Shown piece by piece: positions 7,735 to 16,407 of a DNA stretch of 64,000 nucleotides. The DNA is from Myxococcales bacterium. Its GTDB lineage: Bacteria; Myxococcota; B64-G9. The DNA is taken from the NCBI GenBank assembly GCA_012798435.1, contig JAAZNF010000113.1:24979-88978 (forward strand), given 5' to 3'. The notes under the pieces were generated by a model, which was not told where the DNA came from, did no database searches, and saw nothing but the letters and a program-made list of their open reading frames with translations. The position numbers were made by a program, and so were the translations under genes. Position 1 is the first letter of the stretch. Each line of letters begins with the position of its first letter.

Positions 7735-8301
7735 TTACCTGTCAGAGGGTTCGTTCGAGGTCTCGCTCTTGGGGGCGTTCTCCCCGGCGCGCCGGTCCTT
7801 TTCGTGTTTATCGTGGGAGTGCCCCTCGTGAGAGTGGGCTGCGGGTTTTCCCGAGACGGCCCGATCGAGGAGTTCCTCGAGTTCGTGGAGCTGGTCCCGG
7901 CAGCGTTCGCCGAACACATGTACGGTGTTCATGTGGTTCTGGTGCACCTTGGCGAGAGTCGCCTGGAGGCGTTGGTTGAGCCTGGCGGCGCGTTCCGGGT
8001 TGGGGTCGTCGAGATCCTTGCGGATGCGTGAGAAGTCCGAGCGGTTGCGCACCAGGTAGGCGCCCACCCTGTCCAGGGCCTTTTCGCAGTCGGCGGGGGT
8101 ATTGAGCGCGGATTTTTTCAAGATGTTGAAGACAGCATGGTAGTGCTGCGCCAGGCGCCGGGGGGCATCGGCCGCCTTCCCCGGCGGGCCCTCGTTCGCG
8201 GGCCCGGGTTCCGCCGGACCGGGTGGTTTCTCTGCGGGTTCCGCCCATGCCAGGAGCGGCGAAAGCATGACCCAGGGCAGAATCCAACGCGGCCGCTTCA
8301 T
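7735..8301 (-). CDS. Secreted helical protein with His-rich C-terminus
   Basis: The internal ATG at 8301 is preceded by GGAGGAGAGA. The signal peptide is MKRPRWILPWVMLSPLLAWA. The C-terminal tail is AAHSHEGHSHDKHEKD. I recognise no family. Confidence 0.55.
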   Translation of the reverse strand: MKRPRWILPWVMLSPLLAWAEPAEKPPGPAEPGPANEGPPGKAADAPRRLAQHYHAVFNILKKSALNTPADCEKALDRVGAYLVRNRSDFSRIRKDLDDPNPERAARLNQRLQATLAKVHQNHMNTVHVFGERCRDQLHELEELLDRAVSGKPAAHSHEGHSHDKHEKDRRAGENAPKSETSNEPSDR

Positions 8302-8339
8302 CTCTCCTCCCCGGTGGCGGTCTTCGGCTCGAGATCCTT

Positions 8340-8774
8340 TCAGCCGGCGTCGAGCGGGAACTCGCTCTCGAAACGCTTCTTCTGGCACATCTTCTCGGTG
8401 CACAGCACCACGTCGAACTTGAGCTTCACCGGGTAGCGCCCCTTGGCCTTGGCGGTGTACGAAACCGCCAGGCTGGGCGCGCCGGATTTGGGATCGTCCT
8501 TGTCGGTGTTTTTCAGCTTGGTCTTGGCCAGGCTCAGGCCCTCCGGCGGGCTGAGATCGATGACGAGCGGTGCCTCGGGAGACACCTTCCAGCCGCCGGA
8601 TCCCTCCAGGCGGATCACCAGCTTGCCCTCCAGCGGGTTCTTGTCGTTTGGCTCGGCGCCCGCCTGGGCCTTGAAGTTGTCATCGCTCTTCAGCACCGTC
8701 ATCCCGGCCGTGGCGGGCTGGCAGGCCCACGACCAGGCGATCAGCGCGCCGATGGTGAACAGGGTTGGCTTCAT
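8340..8774 (-). CDS. Lipoprotein, DsbD-N-terminal-domain-like (tentative)
   Basis: MKPTLFTIGALIAWSWAC is a lipobox-like signal. The body (KLVIRLEGSGGWKVSPEAPLVIDL...KLKFDVVLCTEKMCQKKRF) resembles the DsbD alpha-domain-like family in pattern only. Confidence 0.45.
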   Translation of the reverse strand: MKPTLFTIGALIAWSWACQPATAGMTVLKSDDNFKAQAGAEPNDKNPLEGKLVIRLEGSGGWKVSPEAPLVIDLSPPEGLSLAKTKLKNTDKDDPKSGAPSLAVSYTAKAKGRYPVKLKFDVVLCTEKMCQKKRFESEFPLDAG

Positions 8775-8824
8775 GCGTCCTCTCCGTTTCGCGAAAATTG
8801 GGACGGTCTGCGCGGCCGGCCGAT

Positions 8825-9466
8825 TCACGGCTCGTTTCCCGAAAGAAAGGGGTTGTGGCGCCGCTCCTCACCCACGCTGGTGGCCGGGCCATGGCCGGGG
8901 TAGAGCCGGGTGTCGTCGGGGTGGGTGAAGATCTTCTTTTTTACGCTCGCGACCAGCGTCTCGAACGATCCGCCCGGCAGATCGGTGCGCCCCACCGAGC
9001 CGGCGAAGACGAGGTCGCCCACCAGGATCCTCTTCTCGCCCTCGATGACCAGCGAGATGCTGCCCGGGGAGTGGCCGGGCGTGTGGCGCACGGTGAGCTT
9101 GAGCTTGCCGACCTGGATGACATCGCCCTCGTCGATGGTGCGGTCGGCGGCGGGGGAGTTCTCCGCGGAGAGGCCGAACATCCGCGCCTGCACGCCGAGC
9201 GCCGTGAGCCATTCGGCCTCGGCCGGGTGGATGAGGATCTCGGCGCCGGTCTTTTTCTTGAGGTCGCGGTTGCCACCCACGTGGTCGAAGTGGGCGTGGG
9301 TGTTGATGATCCACTTGCAGGTCAACTTGTGGCGCGTAAGGCAGCTCTCGATGGCGCCGGCGTGCCCGCCGGGGTCCACCACCGCGGCCAGGTGGCTCTC
9401 CGAGTCGCCCACGATGTAGCAGTTGGTCATGATGGGACCGGTCTCGAGTGAGTCGAACACCAGCAT
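8825..9466 (-). CDS. MBL-fold metallo-hydrolase (glyoxalase II-like)
   Basis: Motifs are THAHFDHVGG (HxHxDH), HTPGHSPGS, and GDLVFAGSVGRTDLPGGS, at a typical ~210 aa length. Confidence 0.85.
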   Translation of the reverse strand: MLVFDSLETGPIMTNCYIVGDSESHLAAVVDPGGHAGAIESCLTRHKLTCKWIINTHAHFDHVGGNRDLKKKTGAEILIHPAEAEWLTALGVQARMFGLSAENSPAADRTIDEGDVIQVGKLKLTVRHTPGHSPGSISLVIEGEKRILVGDLVFAGSVGRTDLPGGSFETLVASVKKKIFTHPDDTRLYPGHGPATSVGEERRHNPFLSGNEP

Positions 9467-9552
9467 GCGGCGCCTCCACCTCCCCCGCCGCAGAGACGAT
9501 AGCCGAAGGATCGGCCGGAATCAACCAGGTGGGAGAGAGCCAGCTCTTGCCA

Positions 9553-9581
9553 TTGGCAAGCGGACGCCCTCTGGGTACACT
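9553..9581 (+). promoter_or_regulatory. Candidate sigma70-type promoter of the Cys-module lipoprotein gene, overlapping a 7-1-7 palindrome
   Basis: TTGGCA (9553-9558), a 17-nt spacer, then TACACT (9576-9581). The -35 lies inside the palindrome CTTGCCA-T-TGGCAAG (9546-9560). ATG is at 9612, with GGGAGG upstream. Confidence 0.3.
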
Positions 9582-9611
9582 GGGAGCGCGACTACGAACA
9601 CGGGAGGTTCC

Positions 9612-12600
9612 ATGAGCCAGGCTTTCCGAGGCCTCGTACGCCGAACGGTCGTTGGCGTGGCAGTGCTGGCGGTTTTCTTCCTGCTGACCGCCGGTTGCAG
9701 CGATAGCGCCTCCAGTTGCGGCGATTGCAGCGTCCTCGACGACTGGTGCCAGAAGGGGGTGTGCGACGCCGCACAGGGCAAGTGCGTGGCGTCGCCGCTC
9801 GCCGATGGCCTGGAGTGCAAGGACGGCGATCCCTGCACCGCGGGCGACCACTGCCAGGCCGGCCAGTGTGTCGGCACTGTGCTGGATTGCACCGCCCAGG
9901 AAGACGAGTGCATCCAGGGCGTGTGCCAGGACGAGGCCTGTCAGTACCTGCCGCGTCCGGACGGGACGCCCTGTCCCAGCGCCGCCAGCGCCTGCACCGA
10001 CGGCGAATGCAGGTCCGGGACCTGCCAGGCGCTGAACCACGCCAACGGGGAATCGTGCAACGACGGGAACTGGTGCACCGATCCCGACACCTGCCAGGAC
10101 GGCGTGTGCGCCGGCGCGGCGCGAGACTGCACCGATCTCCTCGACTGCACTCACGACTGGTGCGATCCAGAGCGCAACGCCTGCCTCCACGAGCCGCTCG
10201 CCGGGACCTGCCTCATCGGGGGGGTGTGCCATGCCGAGGGCGAGGCCAACCCCGAGAACCCCTGCCAGGCCTGCAAGCCCACGGCGAACCAGTCCGCCTT
10301 CAGCGACGACGACGGCCGCGGCTGTGACGACGGGAACGTGTGCACCGGCCCGGACACCTGCGCCGGCGGCAACTGCTTCGGCCCGGCCCTGGCCGGATGC
10401 TGTGAGACGGACGCCGACTGCGACGACGGCCGCGCCTGCACCACGGAGGTGTGCCACACCGCGGACGGCACCTGCGAAAACGGCATCCGCGACGGCTTCT
10501 GCCTGATCGGCAACATGTGTATCCTGGAGGGCGCTTTGAACCCGGAGAACGGTTGCCAGGCATGCCTGAGCGCAGTCCACAAGACCGCCTGGAGCGACAC
10601 CGACGCAGCCTGCGACGATGGGCTTTTCTGCACGGCCAATGACCGATGCAGCGGTGGGTCCTGCGCGGGCCAGACCGGCGTGGTGTGCGCCGATTCTCTC
10701 GAGTGCACGGACGACGTGTGCAGCGAGAGGGGACAGGTGTGCAGCCACCCCGTGCGCGCCGGTTTTTGTCTGATCGCGGGCGCCTGCGTCGTCGAGGGGA
10801 CACCGCATCCCGCCAACCCCTGCCGACGTTGCCTCCCCGCCCTCGACCCGCGCGATTGGAGCGACGACGACAGCGGCGCCTGCGACGACGGCAACCGCTG
10901 CACCGATCCCGACTTCTGCAGTCAGGGGGCGTGCACCGGCATCCCGCTCTCGAACTGCTGCACCTCGGATGGCGATTGCGACGACGGCCGGGACTGCACC
11001 GACGATCGCTGCGACTTGGCGAACGGCATCTGCGAAAACGTCGTGCAGCCCGATCGCTGCCTGATCGCCGGAGCGTGCTACATCGCCGGACAGGTCAACC
11101 CGGCCAACCCGTGCCAGGCCTGCCTGCCGGCCGCGACGAACAGCGCCTGGTCGTCGGCCAACGAGGGCGGACGGTGCGGCGCCACCTGCCGCGCCTGCCA
11201 TGATGGTGCCTGCCAGGACCTGCCCGACACCGGCGCCGATCCCTTCAACGACTGCCCCACCTGCCGGGTGTGCGACGGCCAGGGCGGCTGCCGCCCGACG
11301 GACGACGGTACCGATCCCAAGAACGATTGTGCGGCCTCCGATTGCAGCTACGCGGAGTGTTGGGGCGGGAGCTGCCAAAAACCCGCCGGCAGCGCCTGCC
11401 CCGATCCCACCCCCCTGGATTGCCAAGACGCCCGCTGCGACGGCGCGGGCGTCTGCGACCCGAGCTACGCCCTCGAAGCTCCGGGCTACGCCTGCGACGA
11501 TGGCGACCCCTGCACCGCGCCTGACGGTTGCGACAGTTCGGGCCAGTGCCTGGGCGCCGCCCTGGCCCCGACGCCCGATCCGGCTTCGCCTATCGCCGCC
11601 ACCAGCGCCTGCCTGACTGCCGAAAGCGGCGCGCGCGCGGTGGTGAGCGTGCGGTTGCGCACGGTGGCCCACCAGCCGATCACGGGAGCCAGCGTGACTA
11701 TCGAGGGCGACAACCCGGCCACGCGCTGGGCGGGACCGGTGGCCGAATCGGCGGCGGTCCCCGGCACCTACTACCGCATCCTGCTGGCGCCGGCCGGCGC
11801 GGGCAGCACCCGCATCACCGCCAGCGCCTTCAGCGGCTCAGGGTCCTGCACCTCGCCGGTGGTGACCCTGAGCGGCAGCGTGACGGTGCGCTTCGCGGCT
11901 CCGTCCACTGCGGGCCTCGGCGGTTGCAGCCCGCTCGACGGCAACCTGCGGGTGCGGGTGATCGCCGCCGAGAGCGGCGCGCCGCTGCCCGGGGCCTACC
12001 TCATGGTCGGCACGGCCGAGAGCGCCGCCTTCGAGGACGACTACGAGCGCCTGCTCGCCGGCCTACCCCCCGCGCGCCTCAACACCGCTCGCGCCGACGG
12101 GATCGGGACGGCGGAGTTTACCGATTTCGGGACGGGGCTCGACGGCCCGCGCATGATCACCGCCGGGCTGGAGGGCCGCGCCTACGTCAGCGTGGTCGAG
12201 GCCAACGCCTCCGACGTGATCATCCCCCTGCCGTTGATATCGGATCCGCCGCCCGTGGCCCGTCTCGACGGCACGCTCACCAGCATGGGCAACACCAACT
12301 ACGACGGCCAGTTCGACGCCGGGCTGGTGGCCACGGAGTTCGGCATCGACAGCCTGGTCAAATTCCGCTTCGACGACATGCTATCTGGCCAGCGCGACTG
12401 CTGGCTGGCCACCGACGCCGCGGTGGTGGGGGCGCAGTGGGTGGAGATGCCCTCCAACGTGTACGTGCCGGCCCAGCGCGAGCGATACCTGGTGATCTTC
12501 GACATCCCCATCTACGAACACCGCTACACCACCCGGCCCATCCCCATCGGCGCCACCAACCAGCGCATCGTCGGCATCTCGGGGCGGGCGGCCTTCTCCA

Positions 12601-13481
12601 CCCTGGTGGACCTGCTCATGAACGGGGGCTCGCTCGCCGACATGGTGGCGCTGCTCACCACCCGCCGTATCGGCGTCATCAGCCGTGGAAGCATCACGGG
12701 CGACGAGCACAACCTCCCCATCGCCCTGGACACCGCCCTGAACGCCAACGTGAACTGCAGCATCGCGAACAAGCCGGCCGGGTCCGACTCGCTGTGTTTC
12801 ACCATCGGAGACTGGAGCGGGGGCACCGGCACTGGCCCCCTGTTCGTGATGGGGTTCCGGGTGCTGTCGGGGGGGACGGGGAGCGTCACCTCGGTCTCGG
12901 CCAGCGGGAGCTTCGCCGGCATCGGCTACCTCGGTGCCGGCGTGGCCACCTTCCTCAACGCCGACAACCTGCCGGCGCAGGACCAGTGGAAGGCCAACGC
13001 CGCCTCGGGCATCCTCGACCGTTCGGGCACCAGCTTCAACGGTGGCGGTGGCGCGCTCGCCTTCGACTCCTTTCTCGAGGTCACGCCGCTCTCCCGCAAC
13101 GGGCGGACCTTCACCTGGGCCTCGGTGGCCACCGGCACGCCGGTCCACTTCACCGAGCACCTGCTGGAGCTGGTGACCTCGATCCGCTACGTCCCCGGCC
13201 CCAACTGCAGCGAGGTCAGCGAGGATGTGTGGCGCCGCCCCCTGTGGAAGGTCATCACCCCCGGCGCGACCCTGGGGTTCACCCTCCCCGATCTCCCGCC
13301 CGGCTGGCCGCGGCAGGCGGAGGGCGGGCTCGCCACCCCGGCGGCCGGCGAGCGCCTGAGCTGGTCGTTCGGGGCCTATTTCCAGGGGTTGCTGGGGACG
13401 TTTTTCGATTTCAACCAGTTCGACTTCTCGAGCGCCCTGTCCCGGGTCACGCACTCCTCCACCAACAGCGCCGACTTCTGA
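9612..13481 (+). CDS. Large (1289 aa) lipoprotein with N-terminal cysteine-rich tandem modules and a C-terminal beta-rich region
   Basis: MSQAFRGLVRRTVVGVAVLAVFFLLTAGC is a classic lipobox (LTAGC). About 620 aa carry a recurring C-x-DG-x-x-CT-x-x-D-x-C-x-x-G-x-C-x-G motif. After that comes a CarboxypepD_reg-like stretch (GNLRVRVIAAESGAPLPGAYLMVG) and a long Gly/Ser/Thr-rich region. The ORF-track start at 9423 is trimmed to the signal peptide. Confidence 0.8.
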   Translation: MSQAFRGLVRRTVVGVAVLAVFFLLTAGCSDSASSCGDCSVLDDWCQKGVCDAAQGKCVASPLADGLECKDGDPCTAGDHCQAGQCVGTVLDCTAQEDECIQGVCQDEACQYLPRPDGTPCPSAASACTDGECRSGTCQALNHANGESCNDGNWCTDPDTCQDGVCAGAARDCTDLLDCTHDWCDPERNACLHEPLAGTCLIGGVCHAEGEANPENPCQACKPTANQSAFSDDDGRGCDDGNVCTGPDTCAGGNCFGPALAGCCETDADCDDGRACTTEVCHTADGTCENGIRDGFCLIGNMCILEGALNPENGCQACLSAVHKTAWSDTDAACDDGLFCTANDRCSGGSCAGQTGVVCADSLECTDDVCSERGQVCSHPVRAGFCLIAGACVVEGTPHPANPCRRCLPALDPRDWSDDDSGACDDGNRCTDPDFCSQGACTGIPLSNCCTSDGDCDDGRDCTDDRCDLANGICENVVQPDRCLIAGACYIAGQVNPANPCQACLPAATNSAWSSANEGGRCGATCRACHDGACQDLPDTGADPFNDCPTCRVCDGQGGCRPTDDGTDPKNDCAASDCSYAECWGGSCQKPAGSACPDPTPLDCQDARCDGAGVCDPSYALEAPGYACDDGDPCTAPDGCDSSGQCLGAALAPTPDPASPIAATSACLTAESGARAVVSVRLRTVAHQPITGASVTIEGDNPATRWAGPVAESAAVPGTYYRILLAPAGAGSTRITASAFSGSGSCTSPVVTLSGSVTVRFAAPSTAGLGGCSPLDGNLRVRVIAAESGAPLPGAYLMVGTAESAAFEDDYERLLAGLPPARLNTARADGIGTAEFTDFGTGLDGPRMITAGLEGRAYVSVVEANASDVIIPLPLISDPPPVARLDGTLTSMGNTNYDGQFDAGLVATEFGIDSLVKFRFDDMLSGQRDCWLATDAAVVGAQWVEMPSNVYVPAQRERYLVIFDIPIYEHRYTTRPIPIGATNQRIVGISGRAAFSTLVDLLMNGGSLADMVALLTTRRIGVISRGSITGDEHNLPIALDTALNANVNCSIANKPAGSDSLCFTIGDWSGGTGTGPLFVMGFRVLSGGTGSVTSVSASGSFAGIGYLGAGVATFLNADNLPAQDQWKANAASGILDRSGTSFNGGGGALAFDSFLEVTPLSRNGRTFTWASVATGTPVHFTEHLLELVTSIRYVPGPNCSEVSEDVWRRPLWKVITPGATLGFTLPDLPPGWPRQAEGGLATPAAGERLSWSFGAYFQGLLGTFFDFNQFDFSSALSRVTHSSTNSADF
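10125..11172 (+). repeat. Four tandem ~90-96-aa (about 280-nt) cysteine modules inside the lipoprotein CDS
   Basis: Each unit reads C-x-D-x-x-DC-x-[DH]D-x-C...G-x-CLI-x-G-x-C...NP-x-N-x-C-[QR]-x-C-x-P...[AD][FW]S...CDDG-x-x-CT-x-x-D-x-C-x-x-G-x-C-x-G. Units start near aa 172, 263, 359 and 449 of the protein. The fourth unit ends early and lacks the terminal CDDG...CT motif. Boundaries are approximate. Confidence 0.6.
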
Positions 13482-13515
13482 CCCCGAGCGCGACGCGCCA
13501 GGAAACCGCGAACTC

Positions 13516-13544
13516 TTGCCCGGTGCCGACCGGCCGCCTATAAT
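13516..13544 (+). promoter_or_regulatory. Candidate sigma70-type promoter of the cpaF-like gene
   Basis: TTGCCC (13516-13521), a 17-nt spacer, then a perfect TATAAT (13539-13544). A perfect TATAAT is conspicuous in this GC-rich context. ATG 13573 follows, with GGGAAAGGA upstream. Confidence 0.4.
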
Positions 13545-13572
13545 CGGCGCAACCTGGGAAAGGACCGCTGGC

Positions 13573-15180
13573 ATGGCCGCCATGGAGATGTACGAGAAAT
13601 CGCTGCGGGCCTTCTTGAAGCCCATCCTGCCCTTCCTCGACGACAAGTCGGTGTCGGAGATCATGATCAACGGCCCGGAGGACATCTGGATCGAGCGCAA
13701 GGGCAAGCTCTACAAGACCGCCGCCCGCTTCAACCCCGAGGGCCTGGAGGCTGCCGCCCAGAACATGGCCCAGTACGTGGGCCGCATGATCAACCAGGAA
13801 CGCCCGCGCCTGGACGCGCGCCTGCCCGACGGCTCCCGCATCCACGTGGTGCTGCCGCCCATCGCGCGCAAGGGCACCACCATCTCCATTCGCAAGTTCT
13901 TCCCCGGCAAGCTCACCATCGCCCAGATGGTCGATTTCAAGTCGATGACGCGGGAGATGGCCCGCTTCATCGACGCCTGCGTGCAGACCCACCAGAACAT
14001 CGTGGTGGCGGGTGGCACCGGCTCGGGCAAGACCACCCTGCTCAACGTGGTGAGCTCGCTCATCCCCAATGACGAGCGCATCCTGACCATCGAGGACTCG
14101 GCGGAGCTGCAGCTGGTGCAGGAGCACCTGGTGCCCTTCGAGGGCCGCCCTCCCGACAAGCACGGGCGGGGCCAGGTCACCATCGCCGATCTCCTGCACT
14201 CCTCGCTACGCCTGCGCCCCGATCGCATCGTCATCGGCGAGGTGCGCGGCGGCGAGGCCTTCGACCTGATGCAAGCGCTGAACACCGGCCACTCCGGCTC
14301 CATGTGCACGGTACACGCCAACTCGCCGGTGGACACCTGCCGGCGGTTGGAGTCGCTGTGTCTCATGAGCTCGGTGGAGATCCCCATGGTGGCGGTGCGG
14401 GCCCAGGTAGCATCGGCACTCAACATCGTCATCTGTTGCGCCCGTTTCTCGGACGGCTCGCGGCGCCTCACTCACATCAGCGAGGTGCTGCCGCTGAACG
14501 AGAAGGGCGAGTACCGCACCCAGGACATCTTCGTCTACACCATGACCGGCAAGGACGCGGAGGGCCGGGTACAGGGCTACCACGCGCCCACGGGCATCCT
14601 GCCCACCTTCTTCCACAAGCTGGCGGCGCATGGCTTCCCCGAGATGGACGAGAGCTTCTTCGACCCGGCCAGCTACGGCTACGAGCGGCCCCTCACCGCG
14701 GCGGTGCAAGAGTTCAAGATCCGCTTCATCTCGCGCCTGGCCGATGGCGTGGAGCGCGAACCGGCGCGGCCGCTACCAGCGGAGAAGAAGGCAGCGCTGG
14801 AGCAGGCCTTGCAGCGGGTCCTGGAAGAGCGGGATCTGACCCCGGCGCCAGTGGTGGCCACGCCCACACCGCCCGCCGACGCGTCGGCGGGGGAGCCGGC
14901 CCCGGATCCGGCCCCACCCGCGCGCGAAAGCTCCAAGGTCTCACGGCCGCCGGCCGAGGCGAAGCCGGAAGCGGGCGCCGCCCGCGAGACGTCCAAGGCG
15001 GGCCCGCCGCCGGGTGCCGGGGCACGGGAGGACTCCAAGGTGTCCCGGCCGCCGGTCAGCGGTTCGGTGGCGCGCCAGTTGCTGGGTTTGCGCAAGGAGA
15101 GCGAGCCCGCCCGCGGGCCTCGCCTGCTGGGCCTGCGTCCGATCCGGCCCGAGAACAACAAGGACGGCGAGGACAAGTAA
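13573..15180 (+). CDS. CpaF/TadA-family secretion ATPase with a ~150-aa low-complexity C-terminal tail
   Basis: Motifs seen are SEIMINGPEDIWIERKG, Walker A GGTGSGKTTLLN, Walker B RILTIEDSAEL, RPDRIVIGEVRG, and His box NTGHSGSMCTVHAN. The start is set at MAAMEMYEK (the ORF-track start is 13516). The tail is Pro/Ala-rich with repeated ARExSK motifs. Confidence 0.9.
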   Translation: MAAMEMYEKSLRAFLKPILPFLDDKSVSEIMINGPEDIWIERKGKLYKTAARFNPEGLEAAAQNMAQYVGRMINQERPRLDARLPDGSRIHVVLPPIARKGTTISIRKFFPGKLTIAQMVDFKSMTREMARFIDACVQTHQNIVVAGGTGSGKTTLLNVVSSLIPNDERILTIEDSAELQLVQEHLVPFEGRPPDKHGRGQVTIADLLHSSLRLRPDRIVIGEVRGGEAFDLMQALNTGHSGSMCTVHANSPVDTCRRLESLCLMSSVEIPMVAVRAQVASALNIVICCARFSDGSRRLTHISEVLPLNEKGEYRTQDIFVYTMTGKDAEGRVQGYHAPTGILPTFFHKLAAHGFPEMDESFFDPASYGYERPLTAAVQEFKIRFISRLADGVEREPARPLPAEKKAALEQALQRVLEERDLTPAPVVATPTPPADASAGEPAPDPAPPARESSKVSRPPAEAKPEAGAARETSKAGPPPGAGAREDSKVSRPPVSGSVARQLLGLRKESEPARGPRLLGLRPIRPENNKDGEDK

Positions 15181-15192
15181 GCGGAGGGCAGC

Positions 15193-15660
15193 ATGGCGCG
15201 CTCTGAGGGAAAGCTCTCGGCCTTCCTGGGGGGATTGCGGGACCTGTTCGCCAATCTGGTTCAGGACTTTCGCGAGTCCAACCGCTACTTCAAGTACAAG
15301 GTCTTCATCATCGGTGGCTACGTGGCCGTGGCCATCCTCACCCTGGCGGTGTTCATCCCCGGTGGCGAGCTGAACCAGATCGACGCCGAGGTGCGGCTGG
15401 CCAAGGCCGAGTACCTGGGTGGGCGCTACTTCCTGGTGCACAATCAGTCCTCGCGGGACTGGAAGAATCTGGTGCTGACCCTCAACCGGACCTATCAGCT
15501 GCGCTGGCCGATGCTCCCGGCCCAGAAGAGCGCCTCCTTCCACCTCAACCGCTTCCGGGACGGGGCTGGGCAAAAGCCTCCCGACGAGGTGCTGATCCAA
15601 CATCTGCGCATCGAATGCGATCGCGGAGCCTTCGAGCGCGTGTTCGAGCGGGCGCCGTGA
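15193..15660 (+). CDS. Single-pass membrane protein, unknown function
   Basis: It lies 12 nt after the ATPase stop. One hydrophobic helix is present (KVFIIGGYVAVAILTLAVFIPGG). I recognise no family. Confidence 0.5.
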   Translation: MARSEGKLSAFLGGLRDLFANLVQDFRESNRYFKYKVFIIGGYVAVAILTLAVFIPGGELNQIDAEVRLAKAEYLGGRYFLVHNQSSRDWKNLVLTLNRTYQLRWPMLPAQKSASFHLNRFRDGAGQKPPDEVLIQHLRIECDRGAFERVFERAP

Positions 15661-15666
15661 ATGGGT

Positions 15667-15696
15667 TTGCCCGGACCCCCGTCTTCCGGATAGAAT
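15667..15696 (+). promoter_or_regulatory. Candidate sigma70-type promoter upstream of the discoidin-like gene
   Basis: TTGCCC (15667-15672), an 18-nt spacer, then TAGAAT (15691-15696). It has the same -35 hexamer as the cpaF-like candidate promoter. ATG is at 15730. Confidence 0.3.
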
Positions 15697-15729
15697 GCCC
15701 CGCCGAAGGTTGGCAACGGAGAACGACCG

Positions 15730-16401
15730 ATGAAGCGAATTTCGATTGTGTGGTTGGCCCTGTTCTTCTTGCTGTGCGCCGTCGGTGCCGCCCTGGCCCG
15801 CGCCCCGGCCAAGAAACCGGAGAAGAAGGAAAAGAACCTCAACCAGACCAAGATCATCCCCAAGAAGGCTTTCCACGAGGCGCTCATCAAGCTGGCCAAG
15901 GACGAGCGGGTGCCCGTCGCTTCCTCGACCCTGGTGGAGAAGGGCCGCGGTGAAGACTATTACGCCGCCGAGAAGATCCTGGATCAGAACCCGGAGACGT
16001 TCTGGGCCGAGGGCGTGAAGGGCTCCGGCAAGAACGAGTGGGTGGCCTTCGCCATCGTCGAGGAGTCCACCCACCTGGAGATCACCCCGGGGGCGGGCCG
16101 GGAGCAGTTCGAGAACTTCAACCGGCCGAAGATCTTACTGGTGGACATCTATCAGGTGAAGCTGCCCCAGAAGGATGACGAGTACGATCCCCAGTTCAAA
16201 TGGCTGGGACGGGCCACCTACAACTTCCAGGACAAGAACGTGCCGGTGGTGCAGCGGCTGCCGGTCCAGCTCCCCGAGCTGGCCATGGGGGTGCGCTCGA
16301 TGTACGTGGGGGTGATCATCCTGCAGGACGTGTATCGCGGCCAGTTCGACGACACCGCCATCAACGAGATCAAGATCACCGCGGTGTGGGGCGCGGACTG
16401 A
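15730..16401 (+). CDS. Secreted protein with discoidin/galactose-binding-like domain
   Basis: The signal peptide is MKRISIVWLALFFLLCAVGAALA, followed by a Lys-rich linker. The stretch AAEKILDQNPETFWAEGVKGSGKNEWVAFAI resembles the DG-x-x-x-T-x-W motif of F5/8 type C-like domains. Confidence 0.55.
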   Translation: MKRISIVWLALFFLLCAVGAALARAPAKKPEKKEKNLNQTKIIPKKAFHEALIKLAKDERVPVASSTLVEKGRGEDYYAAEKILDQNPETFWAEGVKGSGKNEWVAFAIVEESTHLEITPGAGREQFENFNRPKILLVDIYQVKLPQKDDEYDPQFKWLGRATYNFQDKNVPVVQRLPVQLPELAMGVRSMYVGVIILQDVYRGQFDDTAINEIKITAVWGAD

Positions 16402-16407
16402 GGCAGG

